Positions 43,801 through 53,066 of a DNA stretch of 64,000 nucleotides are shown in pieces. The first letter of the stretch is position 1. Every line of letters starts with the position of its first letter. Both the position numbers and the translations under genes were made by a program. This DNA is from Carpediemonas membranifera BICM (lineage: Eukaryota > Protista > Fornicata). Below the pieces are notes generated by a model, which saw only the letters and a list, made by a program, of their open reading frames with translations, did not search any database and was not told the origin of the DNA. The stretch spans positions 62,001 through 126,000 of the forward strand of contig JAHDYR010000067.1 in the NCBI GenBank assembly GCA_019828565.1, written 5' to 3'.

Positions 43801-44042
43801 GACTCACAGCACCCCGCAGGAAGAAGGCGAAGAAGGGCGTCGTCGAGGCATTCTCCGGCTCTGATTCGTCATCCTCCTCGTCTTCCTCTTCGTCGGCATC
43901 GTCCTCGGCCAGCTCCAGCGACAACGAGGGTGATGACCACCCCCACGGTGTTGAGACCAACGAGGTCGATTACATGGCATCACCCTCGGTTGTCCCGGGC
44001 GCTTGTGACGATCCCGCTCGGCCCACGGCCCCTGGGGAGTAG
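40854..44042 (+). CDS. P-type IIB Ca2+-ATPase (PMCA-like), ~1062 aa
   Basis: DESALTGES, VVVAVPEGLPLAV, ICSDKTGTLT, KGASE, MVTGDN, TGDGANDAPALK, FLQFQLTVN, QLLWVNLIMDT. First ATG at 40854. Confidence 0.95.
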   Translation: MSTEASRDSSRFQLDVAALDRLSNSRRTKDVAELGGVQGIMEKLCTSTDGLSQIDIDDGCSERYQLFGRNVYPQPKSKSFIRLWLECLKDPILIILIISAVISFVLSFIPKEDEGSEGNWDWIEGVAILAAIVIVCTVTAFNDWSKERQFRKLNAAKEDRMVTVIRTGLQQTVNIHDLAVGDVVDIQQGDQVPADGILIAAINLELDESALTGESVTVTKDANSPFMLCGCTIATGNGTMVVTNVGIHSEWGKTLASLVKEPEPTPLQNKLDSLAKLIGYFGAGTALFTVLVLGIRWAYKEIVKKVIVDGGSFALSSLTAWIDFIILAVTIVVVAVPEGLPLAVTISLAYSMKRMMKDNNLVRHLNACETMGGATNICSDKTGTLTQNKMTVTQGWFAGRLFDRVPARDELPASIVAHIGVGSAVNSNAFLQANEAGQMEFIGSKTECALLQLSRNWGLDYVPVRKATSEITEYDFNSDRKRMSKVVDMTQSSYEEAARDFPDFTAHAGPRIFCKGASEMVLSLCTSYLDEQGQVAPMTEEVRKSIDEAIITLASNGLRTIILAYRDIEPGQTPEQLNDSDLNEKELTCVGLTGIMDPLREEVPESVRRCQMAGIMVRMVTGDNILTAKSIARSCNILTETGTAITGPELRRMTDAELDAVIPTLQVVARSTPTDKLKLVTRLRALGEVVAVTGDGANDAPALKEADVGLAMGISGTEVAKEASDIILLDDNFHSVEMAILWGRAVYDNIRKFLQFQLTVNVVALVVAFTGALFLGESPLGAVQLLWVNLIMDTLAALALATEGPHEGLLKRKPYGRYESLISPDMWKNIAFQSVFQLVVLFVFMAILPDGNWANSSYLTDLPVLGSDFFYGGGTIAYRKDTIIFNTFVFSQLFNELNARKITWMDWNILQNIHKSPMFIIVMVLTVVLQVLIVTFGSYAVRVHLLEPQEWLYTIAIAFLSIPIGFVQHLVPIPPPLARFIERLTAPRRKKAKKGVVEAFSGSDSSSSSSSSSSASSSASSSDNEGDDHPHGVETNEVDYMASPSVVPGACDDPARPTAPGE

Positions 44043-44152
44043 GCGGTTGAGGGTCCCGCGCCTTTATATAAACAGAATCGGTCTTGTTCACGCAGCAGTG
44101 GCTTCAATTGGGTGGGAAAGACGCTGAATCGTGTCAATTCTGCTCCTCACTC

Positions 44153-44376
44153 TTTTTTCACGAAAATTCTAGAGTCGAGCAAGTCTCGATAGAAAAGAGT
44201 CCGCTGAATCGTTAACTAGAGTACGCTTTGAGGGCTCTAAGCACCCTCATAGCCGAAGTACGGTAACGGCTGTATAATCTGATCGTTAGTGGGGCATTTG
44301 TCGACAAACCTGCAATGTTGTCTCAATCCACGATCAAATAGCTTCAATAACTAACATCAAGAGCCCGGAAGCTCAT
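44153..44376. repeat. 224-bp direct repeat, copy 1
   Basis: Matches 45345-45568 with 2 substitutions (offset 1192 bp). Confidence 0.92.
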
Positions 44377-45344
44377 AGCTGTTCTGCATCGCTGTATTTA
44401 ACACAATATCAAGCTTTGAGCCATTCCAGTCTGTCCAATACTTGCGATGACTGATGCCGAGGAATTGTTGCTGAGCGGCCTTGCCATCCACCGGCCACTG
44501 TCACAACCGATGTGATGTGACCGGTACACACGTTGTTGCTGCGACTGGCCCTTTGACTCGGACTACACGACTCTAGACGACAGCCAATCTACTGAGGCAC
44601 ACACCACGGGCACAGACCAACTGAGGTAGACCTCTCCTTGGTGATGTTCGCAGTGCTATGCACTAACGTTGCATGAAGCTTCCTTGAGCGCGACGAAGAC
44701 ATGCCTTCCGAAACAACTGACGCATGAACTGACGCATTAAGAGAAGCGGGTCAGCATTTATCTCGGGCGCCGGGGCAGCCCTGTGTTAGTTGTTTGGTTG
44801 GCAACAAGAGGAAGAGTGCCGGTGACCATATAAGGAAACTACTTTATCGATCGAGGCTCGCTTAGTTGACGTCTCCACTTGACTCTACCAGATCCCCGAG
44901 CATCCTGTGATAGTGCCGTCACATGCTCCGGTGTCAAGTCCATTCATCGGATTTCAAAGCCAGACCTGCAGCTCCATGGGTCGCCTGCCACGCTCCAGAA
45001 GTTTATCATTGCGGGACCACGACATGCTATGGAACAGGGTTGGTTCTCTTTGCGCCCTTCAGAAGCAATAATGAACGCCGGCACAAGGACGAGCCGCGCA
45101 GCTTACGATCATGCCAAATAAAGACCATATAACAAAAAATTCCTCGGTCGAGACAAGCAGAGCTGACTTATCCAATTTATGATTGCTCACGTAAAGGTTG
45201 AGATTGGCTGACTCCCCAATGCTGTGGTTGGACAGACAAAATAGAAGGCAGACGCAACATTGGGCCGAGAATAGGGAAGTACTGGCCGTGTAAGCTAGTT
45301 TCATGCCGATCTCATCTCACACCTCAGCTCTGTTGTCACCCACT

Positions 45345-45568
45345 TTTTTTCACGAAAATTCTAGAGTCGAGCAAGTCTCGATAGAAAAGAGTCCGCTGAA
45401 TCGTTAACTAGAGTACGCTTTGAGGGCTCTAAGCACCCTCATAGCCGAAGTACGGTAACGGCTGTATAATCTGATCGTTAGTGGGGCATTTGTCGACAAA
45501 CCTGCAATGTTGTCTCAATCCACGATCAAATAGCTTCAATAACCAACATCAAGAGCCCAGAAGCTCAT
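45345..45568. repeat. 224-bp direct repeat, copy 2
   Basis: Matches 44153-44376 with 2 substitutions. Confidence 0.92.
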
Positions 45569-45623
45569 TAAACCACTTTGAAAGGTCAAATAGACCATAT
45601 TCTCCGATCTAAAAGTTACTGTT

Positions 45624-46172
45624 TTACATTGCCATCTTGTGTCTGGGTGTAAGCGGAGACACCTGGTTTTGGTGGCATTCATCGACAAACTTGGTGAAGC
45701 TGTGGCCCTCAAATACCTCACCGCCGGACTTGCCGAGGATCTGCGCCTGCCGCTCCTTCTGGTCTTTGTCAATCATGCTATTGGCTAGCGTGCGAGCCAG
45801 AGAGGGGCTGCAAGCTGGGTTTGCTGGGTTAAACGCAGATCTTGGTGGCAGAGTCCGAGTGCGCTGCTGGCTCCCTGTGGGTGACATGGTTTCGGAGAAG
45901 GTCTTGGAAAACCCGACGTCGATGGCAGTAACAGGGGTGCGAGGCATTCTACCGATCGTAGGGGAATCAGTAGTCATGTGGTTGAACTGCTCAGGCATCT
46001 TGGCCTTCTTCTCAAGGTGAATTGAGATGTCCTGAGGCTTGTGGCGGACATCACGAGGCAAGGAGGACGCCAAGGGGGAACCTACCGTGCCATACACACC
46101 GTTTTCAATGCGAATATGCTCATTCCAGTGCCCTGCCTCTTGAGCGGGTGTCAGATGATCGTCAAAGTCCAT
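45624..46172 (-). CDS. Hypothetical protein, 182 aa
   Basis: ATG ORF filling the interval, with protein-like composition; no family recognised. Confidence 0.55.
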   Translation of the reverse strand: MDFDDHLTPAQEAGHWNEHIRIENGVYGTVGSPLASSLPRDVRHKPQDISIHLEKKAKMPEQFNHMTTDSPTIGRMPRTPVTAIDVGFSKTFSETMSPTGSQQRTRTLPPRSAFNPANPACSPSLARTLANSMIDKDQKERQAQILGKSGGEVFEGHSFTKFVDECHQNQVSPLTPRHKMAM

Positions 46173-46348
46173 TATCTATATTGTTGCCTCGAAACCCGAG
46201 TTTCGCCGCAGTCGAAATGAAGGACTCGGCATCAACCAACGCAATGGCAGCAGTCCATTCACCGCGCATGCCTTCGCCGACCTAATGCATAGTTTATTCC
46301 TACTTCTGGTGGTCTACCAGTTCTAAGATCCGCGCCATTCAACACCAA

Positions 46349-47080
46349 TCAGTATGGCGATGAAATGTAGGATGGTGACACGAAGTTGACCGTGGCATCT
46401 GAATACTGGCGCCGCCTACTAGCTGTCGGTGTCTCACTGAGCAATTGATACTGCTCCTTCTTGGTGCTCTTCTTGCGACCCTGGCATATCAACACCAACA
46501 CGACGCACACACACAGGAGGGGAAGGACAGCAATCAGCGCCATGACCGTCGGGATGGGATATGCGGCAGTGACAATGGCCACGACGGCACCGAGGATGAC
46601 CCACCAGAGACGGATGCCACGGCCGGAGGGGCCAGAGGGGTTTCCAAAGTTGAAAGGATCGGAACACCCACCGGCCTCGCCAGACGCGTCGAGGACGCAG
46701 GCAATGTACTTTCCCGCGCCCATGGTGCCGACTGGGATGTAATAGAAGCCAGCGTTATCCTTCACCGTCTTCAGCGTGGTTACTGACAGGCTGACAGTGT
46801 TCTGAACATACAGGGAGAAGGGCTTCTGAGCGGTGCAGTATGATATGGCGGCTGTGAACCTATCCCAGGCGAAATACACCTCATCAGCACTTGGGATGTA
46901 CTGCATTCCAGTCTTTGGGTCTGTTTTCCACACATTGATGCGGTCTCCGGGGACAGTGACGTTGAAAGTCGCTGTGGTGCAATCAAGGCTCTTGTGCAGA
47001 GCGCTGCTGGTATCAGCACATGCAACAAGAGCTGTGAATAGCAGCAGCATGGCTACTATGCTTGTGCAGTGAACGTTCAT
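46349..47080 (-). CDS. Type I membrane protein (signal peptide, Cys-containing ectodomain, TM, cytosolic YxxL motif)
   Basis: Hydrophobic N-terminus MLLLFTALVACA, a long TM region followed by RKKSTKK, and a tail containing YQLL. Confidence 0.65.
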   Translation of the reverse strand: MNVHCTSIVAMLLLFTALVACADTSSALHKSLDCTTATFNVTVPGDRINVWKTDPKTGMQYIPSADEVYFAWDRFTAAISYCTAQKPFSLYVQNTVSLSVTTLKTVKDNAGFYYIPVGTMGAGKYIACVLDASGEAGGCSDPFNFGNPSGPSGRGIRLWWVILGAVVAIVTAAYPIPTVMALIAVLPLLCVCVVLVLICQGRKKSTKKEQYQLLSETPTASRRRQYSDATVNFVSPSYISSPY

Positions 47081-47183
47081 ATTGTACTGGCCTCCTGGCC
47101 TCGTGTCGACTCAAGATCGACTCACTCGGCCAGACAACGCTCAATGACATCATTTACGTCACAAACTGATATACACACCCTTC

Positions 47184-48764
47184 TCACGTAAACAGAGGCC
47201 ATATGAGGTCCTTGAGCAGCAGTCCGAGTGAGAAAAGGAAGCAGCCAGTCCCAACAACGATGACGAGGATGGGAAAGACTGTGTAGCTGTACCAGGAGCC
47301 GTAGGGCGTCTGCACAGCCTTCCTGGCTGACCCATCAACTGCTAGATGGGGTTGCATCGCCACGAGCTTCTTGACCCTGAACCGACTTCTGAGTTGAATG
47401 AGTGCAGGCGAGAAGAACATCAGCATGAAGGCGGCCAGACCCCCGAACTGGACGACAAGAGTTGCCTTCCTCACGATGGCTGCAGCGATGAGCGGCGGTA
47501 AAACTGCGCACAGTCGGGCGGCCAGCCTGAGGGTCTTCGAGTGTCGACCAAGGAAGGTGCCGGGCCCCCTGAGCTTCATCGGGAGAGACTGGGCGAGGTT
47601 GTTACCGAAGGTCACACCGTTGAGCGGGAACGCTGACAGTAGATCAATAGGTGGGAACATGATTACGAGATATGATATGATTACCGCGTACCAGACCCGG
47701 CGACCGCTCTCAGCGGTGTAATTCATCCATTGCAGGGTGAGAACATCGGCTACATCTGAGCCAAAGTACAGAGTGGCGAATATACCGAGTGTGATGTAAA
47801 GGGTGCAGGTTGTGAGAATGGCACCAAAGAACACGCGGCGGGCATCACTCTTCCGCTTGAGCATGGAAAGCAGGGGCGTGGTGCTGTGGTGGAACAGCTG
47901 TGAGAACGTCGAGGTCGAGAAGACTTGGCCGATTCCATGCCAGTCGAATATCGGCGGGCGACGGTCGATGTATGGGAATGCATCCCTCGACCCCTCGCTG
48001 AACGGGTGGCGGGCAATAGCAGCTGCCAGAGTGACGAGCATGACAGCTATTGCGAAGAACCTGAATAGCGTGAGCGAGACCTGGACGATTGCTTGTTCCT
48101 TCATCTCAGAACATGACAGAGGAATGACCACAAGTGCAAAGACTGCGAGGAAGAGCCAGTAAGCACCCTTGCACTTCCAGCTCTCGTGTTCCGAGTACAT
48201 GTCGCATTCTCCTGCCGTTGTGACCCAGGGAATGGGGATGGCCAGTGCCATGCTCGACGCAAAGATGCCAGCGTACGTCCATAGCGCAGAGAACATGTAA
48301 AGCATGAGGCACACCTCGTAGAACCTCTGCCCGATGACGCCGTAGAAGATCTTCATCAGTTCATTACCCTCGTAGCATGTTTCAATCGAGAAGGGAATCC
48401 GAGCCGATGTCCCAAGGTCCGTGTCACCAAGAACTGGGCTGACAGGCGACATTGCTGGTGAGGAGAGGAGCGTGAGGCTCTCGTCACCGAAGACGCTCTC
48501 GCTCTCGTCTCTCCTGTGCTTCCGAACCTCGACAGCTCGTGTCAATTCAGATGCACGGCCACTGGATTCCACCTGCCACATTGCAGTTACAGCGGCGATG
48601 ACACTAACGCTCAATATGAATATGATACTCAGCCCAATGCCGCCGTGGGCCATGGCAGCAGGAATTTCAAGGCATCCAACGCCTAGTATGTAGTTAATCG
48701 TGAAAGCATACGTTGCAATGGCACTTGGTGCCGTAGATTTGAATGTTCTGAAGTTAAAGGCCAT
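47184..48764 (-). CDS. Amino-acid transporter family protein (Aa_trans, TMEM104-like)
   Basis: 526 aa, ~11 TM helices; FTINYILGVGCLEIPAAMAHGG, FSQLFHHS.TPL and LSAFPLNGVT.GNNL. Confidence 0.8.
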   Translation of the reverse strand: MAFNFRTFKSTAPSAIATYAFTINYILGVGCLEIPAAMAHGGIGLSIIFILSVSVIAAVTAMWQVESSGRASELTRAVEVRKHRRDESESVFGDESLTLLSSPAMSPVSPVLGDTDLGTSARIPFSIETCYEGNELMKIFYGVIGQRFYEVCLMLYMFSALWTYAGIFASSMALAIPIPWVTTAGECDMYSEHESWKCKGAYWLFLAVFALVVIPLSCSEMKEQAIVQVSLTLFRFFAIAVMLVTLAAAIARHPFSEGSRDAFPYIDRRPPIFDWHGIGQVFSTSTFSQLFHHSTTPLLSMLKRKSDARRVFFGAILTTCTLYITLGIFATLYFGSDVADVLTLQWMNYTAESGRRVWYAVIISYLVIMFPPIDLLSAFPLNGVTFGNNLAQSLPMKLRGPGTFLGRHSKTLRLAARLCAVLPPLIAAAIVRKATLVVQFGGLAAFMLMFFSPALIQLRSRFRVKKLVAMQPHLAVDGSARKAVQTPYGSWYSYTVFPILVIVVGTGCFLFSLGLLLKDLIWPLFT

Positions 48765-49121
48765 GAATATCGCCTCCGCTTTGTGGGTTCACGGTTTTGC
48801 TTGCGGACCCAAAGATTGGCTGAATCTATTTCGACCTACACTCGATCTAGCAGACCAATTGAGACCATCACCCGGTGCTGGTTGGGTACATCCCAGGTTG
48901 ACCGGCGTGAATATTGAGTTTCTAAAGCTATGACAATCAGATCATGAAGGAATCACGATAGATTCGAACGAGATTACCCGTCAGGCGCCGCTGAATAATC
49001 ACTTTGTCTGAAACGGCAGTAGTTTCGCCAGATAGCCTCCTTCCATACGAGAGGTGTGCGTTCTAGCCAATCACAACGAAGGAATGCATTTACGCTGAAA
49101 CTACCGTATGACATAACAACA

Positions 49122-52100
49122 TCACCGCCGGGTCAGCGTGACTCTGAGCTGGCGGGAAGACTGGAAGCGCTTGAGCCATGCCGCGTCATCCCCTACTCTA
49201 GAAAGGTCTGCAGCGCGTGGCGAGGCAGCACTAACAGGCCGGGTTTGCTCTGGCACCCTCAGCGTGGCAGCGGGGTTGGAGATAGGCTGAGGCATGATCA
49301 CAGCTGCGGGTATCTTGATCGGAGCGAGTACAACACCGACACTGGCCGCCAGCCGCTCAGTCCAGGCGAGACGCTCGGCAAGACTGTGGCGCTCAAGATG
49401 ATACTGCTCAATCCTCGCAGCAACCTTCGCACCGAGCCTATAGGTCTCCTCACCCTCAATCTCAGCTAGTACATTGGTCTCCCCCAGCAAGTGAGCTCGG
49501 GTGGACGCTAGTTGTTTGACTTCTGACTTGGCCCAACGCTCTTCTGACTTGATGAAGACGGCTACACGTGTCTCTGCATCCTTAGCTGCCTTCTCTTGCA
49601 GCTTTGTCATGTGTCGCTTTTGTCGGCTGATATTGGTGGCGATAATCTCTAAATCTCGGTGCCCCTTCTCAATCTTCTTCGAGATATCGTGACATTCAGC
49701 GGTCACCATCTGCCACTCTTCGTTGGCAGCCCCTAGAGCGTCCTGTTGCCGTTCCATCTTCGCTTTCATATCCTGTTGTTGACGCCGCAGCTCATCTCTC
49801 ATGCTCTCAGCTTCCTCGTCGATGCCGGCGAGCTCAGCCTTACGGGCTGCGATCTTCTGCTCAACCCTCACCAACTCCGCTTGTTTCGACTCTGTAACGC
49901 GTTGGGCTGCCTCGTACGCCCTTCGTTCGGCTGTCTCTACCTCCTGCTTGGCCCTGGCGATGTCCTCATCCATCTCTCTGAGAGTACTTCTCTTGGCGCT
50001 GATCTCGGCGTCTAGGCTGCTCTTAATCCGCTCATACTCCTTCGTCAGACGGGCCTTCTGGGTCTCAGCCGCGGCAGCTCTCGTCTCGAGCTCAGCGTTA
50101 GCCTGGCGGAGCTCCTCCTCGGTGGAGTCTAGCTCCTGTCGCGCAGTCGCCAGGTCATTGTTGAGACCTCTCACGCTCGACATCAGCGTATCTCTCTGCT
50201 GGGCGACTTGCTCTCGTTGACGATCGAGGGTCTCCTGCATCTCCGACTGTGCCCTGGAAAGCTCATCTTGCTGGGCCTCCAGGCTGGCGTTGACTGTTGC
50301 AAGTTCGAGGCGGCTGGATGCTACCTGCGCGGTGACCTCGGTCAGCTCGTGTTCGACAGTCTCGAGCTCAGCCTTGCGCTTCTGGGCAAGCTCAGCTTCG
50401 CGAAGCACAGAGCTGAGCTCCTTGCGCTTGGATTCAATCTCGTCGGTCAAGCCGTTCAGCGTGCGCTCGTGCTCGACCTTGGAAGATGTCTGCGACTCGC
50501 GGTTGCGAGAGATCGATGCCTTGAGGTCATCCAGCTCCGCCTTGTGCTCAGCGACTGCGCTGTCGAGTCTGTCGAGTTCGGAGCTGCGCTCAGCCTCGCG
50601 TGCAGCCACGGAAGAGTTGAGGGATGAAAGCTCGAGCTTGCTGGCGGTGACCTGCGCGGTGACCTCGGTTAACTCGGCCTCGACGCTGTCGAGCTTGGCC
50701 TTGCGCTCCTTGGCGAGGTCAGCCTCCTTCTGAAGTGATGCGAGCTCCTTGCGCTTGGTCTCGATCTCAGCTTTCAGGCCGCTGAGTGCAGCCTGCTGCT
50801 CGGTCTGTGACTCGCGGCTGCGAGTGATGGATGTCTTGAGATCTTCAAGCTCGGCCTTCTTACCCGCAACCTCGGCGTCAAGCTTCTGAAGATCGGAGCT
50901 GCGCTCGCTTTCCTTCACGGCGAGGGATGAGCCGATTGAAGAAAGCTCGCGTCTACTTGAAGTGAGTTGCGCGGTGACCTCGGTCAGCTCGTGTTCGACA
51001 GTCTCGAGCTCAGCCTTGCGCTTCTGGGCAAGCTCAGCTTCGCGAAGCACAGAGCTGAGCTCCTTGCGCTTGGATTCAATCTCGTCGGTCAAGCCGTTCA
51101 GCGTGCGCTCGTGCTCGACCTTGGAAGATGTCTGCGACTCGCGGTTGCGAGAGATCGATGCCTTGAGGTCATCCAGCTCCGCCTTGTGCTCAGCGACTGC
51201 GCTGTCGAGTCTGTCGAGTTCGGAGCTGCGCTCAGCCTCGCGTGCAGCCACGGAAGAGTTGAGGGATGAAAGCTCGAGCTTGCTGGCGGTGACCTGCGCG
51301 GTGACCTCGGTTAACTCGGCCTCGACGCTGTCGAGCTTGGCCTTGCGCTCCTTGGCGAGGTCAGCCTCCTTCTGAAGTGATGCGAGCTCCTTGCGCTTGG
51401 TCTCGATCTCAGCTTTCAGGCCGCTGAGTGCAGCCTGCTGCTCGGTCTGTGACTCGCGGCTGCGAGTGATGGATGTCTTGAGATCTTCAAGCTCGGCCTT
51501 CTTACCCGCAACCTCGGCGTCAAGCTTCTGAAGATCGGAGCTGCGCTCGCTTTCCTTCACGGCGAGGGATGAGCCGATTGAAGAAAGCTCGCGTCTACTT
51601 GAAGTGAGTTGCGCGGTGACCTCGGTCAGCTCGTGTTCGACAGTCTCGAGCTCAGCCTTGCGCTTCTGGGCAAGCTCAGCTTCGCGAAGCACAGAGCTGA
51701 GCTCCTTGCGCTTGGATTCAATCTCGTCGGTCAAGCCGTTCAGCGTGCGCTCGTGCTCGACCTTGGAAGATGTCTGCGACTCGCGGTTGCGAGAGATCGA
51801 TGCCTTGAGGTCATCCAGCTCCGCCTTGCGCTCAGCGACTGCGCTGTCGAGTCTGTCGAGTTCGGAGCTGCGCTCAGCCTCGCGTGCAGCCACGGAAGAG
51901 TTGAGGGATGAAAGCTCGAGCTTGCTGGCGGTGACCTGCGCGGTGACCTCGGTTAACTCGGCCTCGACGCTGTCGAGCTTGGCCTTGCGCTCCTTGGCGA
52001 GGTCAGCCTCCTTCTGAAGTGATGCGAGCTCCTTGCGCTTGGTCTCGATCTCAGCTTTCAGGCCGCTGAGTGCAGCCTGCTGCTCGGTCTGTGACTCGCG

Positions 52101-52763
52101 GCTGCGAGTGATGGATGTCTTGAGATCTTCAAGCTCGGCCTTCTTACCCGTAACCTCGGCGTCCAGCGTCCCGTCCTCACCATTGCTCGTCGTCTCCTTC
52201 AGCTCGTCCTTCGACGCACGGGTCGTGTCTGGCGAGAAGCTCAGGCGGCGTCGTCCACGGCTGGTAAGCTCATCGAGCTCATCTTCGATCGAGTCAAAGT
52301 CTACAGCATCCACCAAGCCGTCAATACCGGGCAAATCGAGCTCGGCCGGGGGTTGTTTCTTCCCACCGACTTCGAGGCTTTGTGTCATCCGCATACTCCT
52401 CTCGAGAAGAGGCTCGGCATCGGTCTTGGGCAGAGGAGTACGCATGCCGTCTCTGGTGCTCTTGAGCATCTCTTTCTTCGCCTTTTCCTGCTTGTACCGA
52501 TCCTTGAAGATCTTGTCGCAGGGGTGCTCCCACGTACTCTCCTGTGTCTCGAAGTTGAAGTAAAACACGTTGCTGTCGTTCGACTGGCATGGCTTCCAGT
52601 TCTCTGGGAGTGGCGTTTTGAGCGCATCGCGGGCAATATAGTACAAATCTTCGTCTTCTTCTGGAATACCGAGATATGTGGCATATTCCTTGATCTCCTC
52701 CTCGGTGGGCTCATAATTTGGATCAACCACCTCTTCTAGCACCTGAACAGAGTCGTCATTCAT
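49122..52763 (-). CDS. CEP164: CEP164-like distal-appendage protein (N-terminal WW domain plus long coiled coil), ~1213 aa
   Basis: VLEEVVDPNYEPTEEEIKEYATYLGI...LYYIARDALKTPLPENWKPC...FYFNFETQESTWEHPCD is the CEP164 N-terminal signature. First ATG at 52763. Confidence 0.8.
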   Translation of the reverse strand: MNDDSVQVLEEVVDPNYEPTEEEIKEYATYLGIPEEDEDLYYIARDALKTPLPENWKPCQSNDSNVFYFNFETQESTWEHPCDKIFKDRYKQEKAKKEMLKSTRDGMRTPLPKTDAEPLLERSMRMTQSLEVGGKKQPPAELDLPGIDGLVDAVDFDSIEDELDELTSRGRRRLSFSPDTTRASKDELKETTSNGEDGTLDAEVTGKKAELEDLKTSITRSRESQTEQQAALSGLKAEIETKRKELASLQKEADLAKERKAKLDSVEAELTEVTAQVTASKLELSSLNSSVAAREAERSSELDRLDSAVAERKAELDDLKASISRNRESQTSSKVEHERTLNGLTDEIESKRKELSSVLREAELAQKRKAELETVEHELTEVTAQLTSSRRELSSIGSSLAVKESERSSDLQKLDAEVAGKKAELEDLKTSITRSRESQTEQQAALSGLKAEIETKRKELASLQKEADLAKERKAKLDSVEAELTEVTAQVTASKLELSSLNSSVAAREAERSSELDRLDSAVAEHKAELDDLKASISRNRESQTSSKVEHERTLNGLTDEIESKRKELSSVLREAELAQKRKAELETVEHELTEVTAQLTSSRRELSSIGSSLAVKESERSSDLQKLDAEVAGKKAELEDLKTSITRSRESQTEQQAALSGLKAEIETKRKELASLQKEADLAKERKAKLDSVEAELTEVTAQVTASKLELSSLNSSVAAREAERSSELDRLDSAVAEHKAELDDLKASISRNRESQTSSKVEHERTLNGLTDEIESKRKELSSVLREAELAQKRKAELETVEHELTEVTAQVASSRLELATVNASLEAQQDELSRAQSEMQETLDRQREQVAQQRDTLMSSVRGLNNDLATARQELDSTEEELRQANAELETRAAAAETQKARLTKEYERIKSSLDAEISAKRSTLREMDEDIARAKQEVETAERRAYEAAQRVTESKQAELVRVEQKIAARKAELAGIDEEAESMRDELRRQQQDMKAKMERQQDALGAANEEWQMVTAECHDISKKIEKGHRDLEIIATNISRQKRHMTKLQEKAAKDAETRVAVFIKSEERWAKSEVKQLASTRAHLLGETNVLAEIEGEETYRLGAKVAARIEQYHLERHSLAERLAWTERLAASVGVVLAPIKIPAAVIMPQPISNPAATLRVPEQTRPVSAASPRAADLSRVGDDAAWLKRFQSSRQLRVTLTRR
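50326..52163 (-). repeat. Coding tandem repeat, 642-bp period, ~2.9 copies
   Basis: Blocks recur at 642-nt offsets (e.g. 50962 and 51604). I saw only two substitutions among the copies. Confidence 0.93.
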
Positions 52764-53066
52764 TTGGCTATCGAGATCTCGGACACGAGTTTTTGCCGTA
52801 TTCTGCGGCTTTTTGCGATGGTCATGGGCCACGCGCGCTGGGTCTGGAGACGGAATCTACTCAGGTAGTGGCCATGCTGACCGACTGTCTATTAGTATTG
52901 CTGACTCCAGGCTGAATTGGGACAAATTGTGCAGGAAGGGTCGAATAATGGATAGCTCTCTGTCTGTCTGTTACGGCACCAATACGCACCAGCACGTCCA
53001 ACTTGCGGAGGTACTGTATGATTGTATGACCGCCGCATTTTTAGAACAGAAACGCCAAATTTCTCA

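Noticed and set aside
44153-45568. 224-bp repeat as U1/U2/U4/U6 snRNA, 5S, RNase P RNA or a canonical LTR/TRIM
   Set aside because: There are only fragmentary resemblances (a CATTGCAG loop, AATTTTCG). The invariant motifs ACTTACC, GTAGTA and ACAGAGA are absent, and there are no shared TG...CA termini or TSD.
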